A stretch of 64,000 nucleotides of DNA from Sarea resinae. Its lineage: Eukaryota. The stretch covers positions 1 through 64,000 of the forward strand of contig JAPEUD010000064.1 in assembly GCA_026026165.1 (NCBI GenBank), written 5' to 3'. The position numbers and the translations under genes are program-made. This document shows positions 60,376 to 64,000 of the stretch, one piece after another (position 1 is the first letter of the stretch; each line of letters begins with the position of its first letter). The notes beneath the pieces are model-generated. The model searched no databases. It had not been told where the DNA came from and saw only the letters and a list, made by a program, of their open reading frames with translations.

Positions 60376-61473
60376 GATGTCGTCTCTCGGCAATAGTGAA
60401 AGTATGTGCGATATTATCGGCTCGTAGCTGCCAACATTTGGCGGACGGTGCTCGTTGATTGACAGCTTGATGATAGATGATGGTTTAGAAAAGTGAATAT
60501 TTACGGCGTCAAGCGGAGGATGTGAAGGAGGCGTTCATCGAGGCCCGTCGAAGGTGTCCGCTCGAGCAGAGGTCCAATGGGTCCACAAAGTCGGATCTGG
60601 GAATGCACTATCAATCAGCTCCGAGGGTCCCTCCATCTTGCGCATCTCCATGCCCGGGCACTTACTGAAACGATCGACCAGCCTCATCCTACCTAAGATC
60701 GCCAACAGATGATCGAGGAACCCAGCGAGACGGCTGGAGCTGCACCTTGGCGCGAGATGAGCCAGGGACCCGTCCCCAGGGGGCAGGCGACGACCGGGAA
60801 TCTGTCGATGGAGTCTCTGCCTGCTGAAGGTGCATCCGCATCGGCACCGGGTAATTTCTGAGCAGAATCGAGTAGTGCCCGTCACGCCGCGAGAGAAGCG
60901 GCTCGATCCAGCGTCAACAGATGGTGAAGAGGAATGGCAGAGATCATACGGACGATGATATTAGTGACGAATCTTCCGTCGGTGGTGGAGCCGGGTGGGA
61001 TTGGCCTGGCGGCGGGCGGGACATGATTGATTAACTACTACGACGGTGGAGCAGAGAGGTACGGTAGGTATCTCTGCGAAGCGGAGCGGGTATGGGATGG
61101 GCGTCATTCGGGGAAAGGATGAGAAGGGGCAGGGAGGAGAGCATTGGCATCGCATCGAGGAGTAGCGTCAATTGGTAGTGTCGGCATCCAGTGCTTAGCA
61201 ACGAGAAGGAAAAGCTAGCAGACCACTACGCATAACCTACACGACCAGGCAGGCAGGTCGTAGGGTATGAGTACGGAGGAGGTACGATGGCGGAGGCGGT
61301 AATTCGTAGAGGTCTGGCTAAACGACTGATCGTGGTTGATCATGCCATGTACAGCTAGCGACCTTGGAAGCGACCCTGAGAGGAGTACTCTACTCATAGC
61401 ACGCTGGCGCTGGCAGGCTAAGGTACATAAGGCTCGATGAGTACAGCGTAGAGAGAGTACGAATACTTCAGTA

Positions 61474-61515
<42 letters not shown>
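61474..61515. repeat. G42 homopolymer
   Basis: Counted directly. Confidence 0.95.
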
Positions 61516-61516
<1 letters not shown>

Positions 61517-61733
61517 GGGGCAGGGGAAGGGGGCTCATGGGTGTGGGATGTGCTGCTTCAAGGGCTCTTGGGCTCGAGCGCCCAAGCATGAGCTAAGGAT
61601 CACCGGCCTGTCCCTTAGGCAGCTCTCCAGCTTTTCTCACTCTCTCGGATCGATTCACGATGATGATTCTGGCATGGTGGATGAATGGGTGGTGGGTGGT
61701 GTGTGGTGTGTGGGGGGAGGGAGGATGAAGGAT

Positions 61734-61778
61734 GGAGAGGAGAGGAGAGGAGAGGAGAGGAGAGGAGAGGAGAGGAGA
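61734..61778. repeat. (GAGAG)n pentanucleotide microsatellite
   Basis: Seen directly. Confidence 0.95.
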
Positions 61779-62443
61779 AGAAAGTAGCGGTACCACTGAC
61801 ATTGGTATAGCATAGTACTGCAAAGCAGTGCCGTGCAGTACCAGCGTTGGCAGAGGACCATGGATAACGTCTTCGCACACCAGCACAGGGACCAGCGGCA
61901 GGCATCGGCATGCTCTTCTTTCCACTTTCCCATCGCGGACATGGTCGTGGATGGTGGATGGGCCGTCGAGAACAAGTGCGCATCGTGATGCCTGTAGCTG
62001 CAGCCCGCGAGTGTTGCTAGGTCCTCTAGCCGACTCGTCTGCCTCCATACGAGTCGGCAGATCCGGGATCAATCACTGGGCCTGTCAGTACGGCCGAGTA
62101 CGCCTGTCCCAAGTCCCTCGACCTGGCCGTCAGGCAGCCTCCAGTCTTGCGCTCTTGCCGAAGGAGGGAGGTCGATTCATCAAACGTCAAAGAGAGGGTT
62201 GGGCCGGAGAACGAGAGTGGTTTGGGCAGGGCAGCTGCTGTCATCTTTCTGATGGATGGCCGTTGAAATTAGGTAGGTGCAAGATTCGAGGAATGCAACT
62301 AATATTTGCTCCTTCTTCCTCCTTCCTCGTCGGGTCGTAGAAACGGCCATCGCATCGACAGAGGATGAAGAATGAAGAACATACTCGATCACCATGTTGC
62401 GTTGCATCATGGAAAGTCTGTCCCTGGAGACACGCTCTCCTTC

Positions 62444-62457
62444 CTTCTTCTTCTTCT

Positions 62458-62492
<35 letters not shown>

Positions 62493-62504
62493 TTCTTCCT
62501 CTTC
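62444..62504. repeat. (TTC)n microsatellite
   Basis: Seen directly. Confidence 0.95.
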
Positions 62505-64000
62505 TCCTTTGGGGGAGGGACCATGCGCATATCTATCCAGGGTCAATTGCCATTCCTGTACTTCGTATCTGTATACATCTGCGCAGGCTGGCTGTCTGGC
62601 TGTTCTACCACGTAGAGCACTCTACGAAGTACGAATACATCCTCTGTAAACTCATGCTCATGCTTATGCTCCTGCCCCATGTCCAGCGGCCGGTGCCATC
62701 GGCGTCATGAAGGCACAGGGCCGACTTCCTGTCCGAGTCAAGCCAATCAGATCCACTCCGCGCTGCCCTCTCTGCCCTCTCCGCCCTTCAACCACCACCC
62801 CTCGCTCTTCCACCACGCCGGACCCGAGCGTGGGGTACCGGGGTACAGCTGCGGGCCCTGCGGCTAAAGGCTAAAGCGAGCGCAAGTCTTAAGTCTTTAC
62901 GCCGGTCACTGGTGCGCAAGGCCAGTGGAAAGGAAAGCCACAGAACAGGACGAATGAGCGACTGTGGTCTCTGCTGTCTATTATGCGTGGTCGGCCTCTA
63001 GTGCACGGCACCTGTCGGAATCCGAGACAGAGGATAAAACACTGTCAAGGACGTCCAGTTGGCCGTTCTCGTTGTTGTGGAGGAGGAGGAGGATGATGAT
63101 GATGGTGATGATGATGATGATGTTGGATTTAATGGCTCACTAACCGCCTCGCTCCTCTTTGCCTCTGCATGATCACAGTCATCGTTGTACTCCGTAGAGC
63201 AACCTGGCTCGTCTATCAGCTCCCCGTCCTTCCTTCGTGCGTGCATGCAAGGTTGGATGGGCCCTCTCCACCTTGCGGGCCGGGGAATTTGTTCGCTGCA
63301 GCAACGTCTAACCTCATTCTCCCTTAGCTGACAGTGATCGTCGACCCCGAGCCCCTACCGCCATATGTCGATTCCTTACCTTCCAAGGCAAAAGACCTTG
63401 GATCCGTGTTCGTAGCATGTCAAGTCTTGTGCACAGGGCAAGTCACCGCTGCGACCCTTGCTCCGCGGAGCTGGTTGGGCCAGTGAGAAGCCGCTGCTTG
63501 GCGAGGAGAGCAAAGTCTTGTCGATCTTCTTCCACGTCGTCGTCGTCGTCGTCGTGAAGCCAACAGACTGACGATCATCGTCTTCTTTCCCTCCCTCCTT
63601 GGTCCTCTGACAATTTACCATGCGCCGTCCTTACAGGAGCCGACCTAACGCTTGCAGGCAGGCGCAAGCAATCAAGACCCGCGCCACCACCGCCGCCTCG
63701 TCATCCCCTTGGCCAACTCGCTAACTTTGTAGAAGGGGACATGAGCAATCAATTCCCCTTGTCGCCTCACAGGGTCTCGACATTAATCCGACGGGGGTGC
63801 CCAATTCAGTTTGTGCCGCCCAGGCTGTCAAGTTCATCACTCGCCATCGCCAGAGGAGACACTACTGAAGTAGACGGTCGGCTACCAAACATCATATTCA
63901 TATGCCATCATGCACTTCCCGTCTTCACCAAGCCAAGCATCGGTGCCTCGCCACCTCTCGATCTACCCGCCCTCTATCTGCGCTCGGACACGCCTGGGTA

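Overview
This window is genomic DNA from a filamentous ascomycete (Pezizomycotina). It has GT..AG introns of about 45-180 nt with CTRAC/CTAAY branch points. I can support 19 protein-coding genes, in order: an intronless Pol X-like nucleotidyltransferase, a NAP-family histone chaperone, an L-asparaginase with ankyrin repeats, nmrA, a methyltransferase, TLG1, an LCCL membrane protein, an Aro8-like aminotransferase, a frameshifted PD-(D/E)XK-like plus ankyrin gene, a DUF1996 protein, a GT25 glycosyltransferase, YIH1/IMPACT, an allantoate-family MFS transporter, an AA11 LPMO, two tandem DUF3433 paralogs, RPL4, ADE12 and a Zn2Cys6 transcription factor. I found no tRNA, rRNA, CRISPR array or intact transposon. 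The flanks (about 1-21.5 kb and 52.5-64 kb) are GC3-rich and full of microsatellites, while the middle block (about 21.6-52.4 kb) is flatter in composition and carries the accessory-type genes. The most notable observations are the minimal Pol X-like enzyme, the nuclease-like/ankyrin receptor with a one-base frameshift, a 4x CxxC repeat inserted in the methyltransferase, a structured U18-like segment in RPL4 intron 2, and a RIP-like tract. All family calls come from motifs recognised by eye, with no database search. Exon boundaries are inferred by hand.
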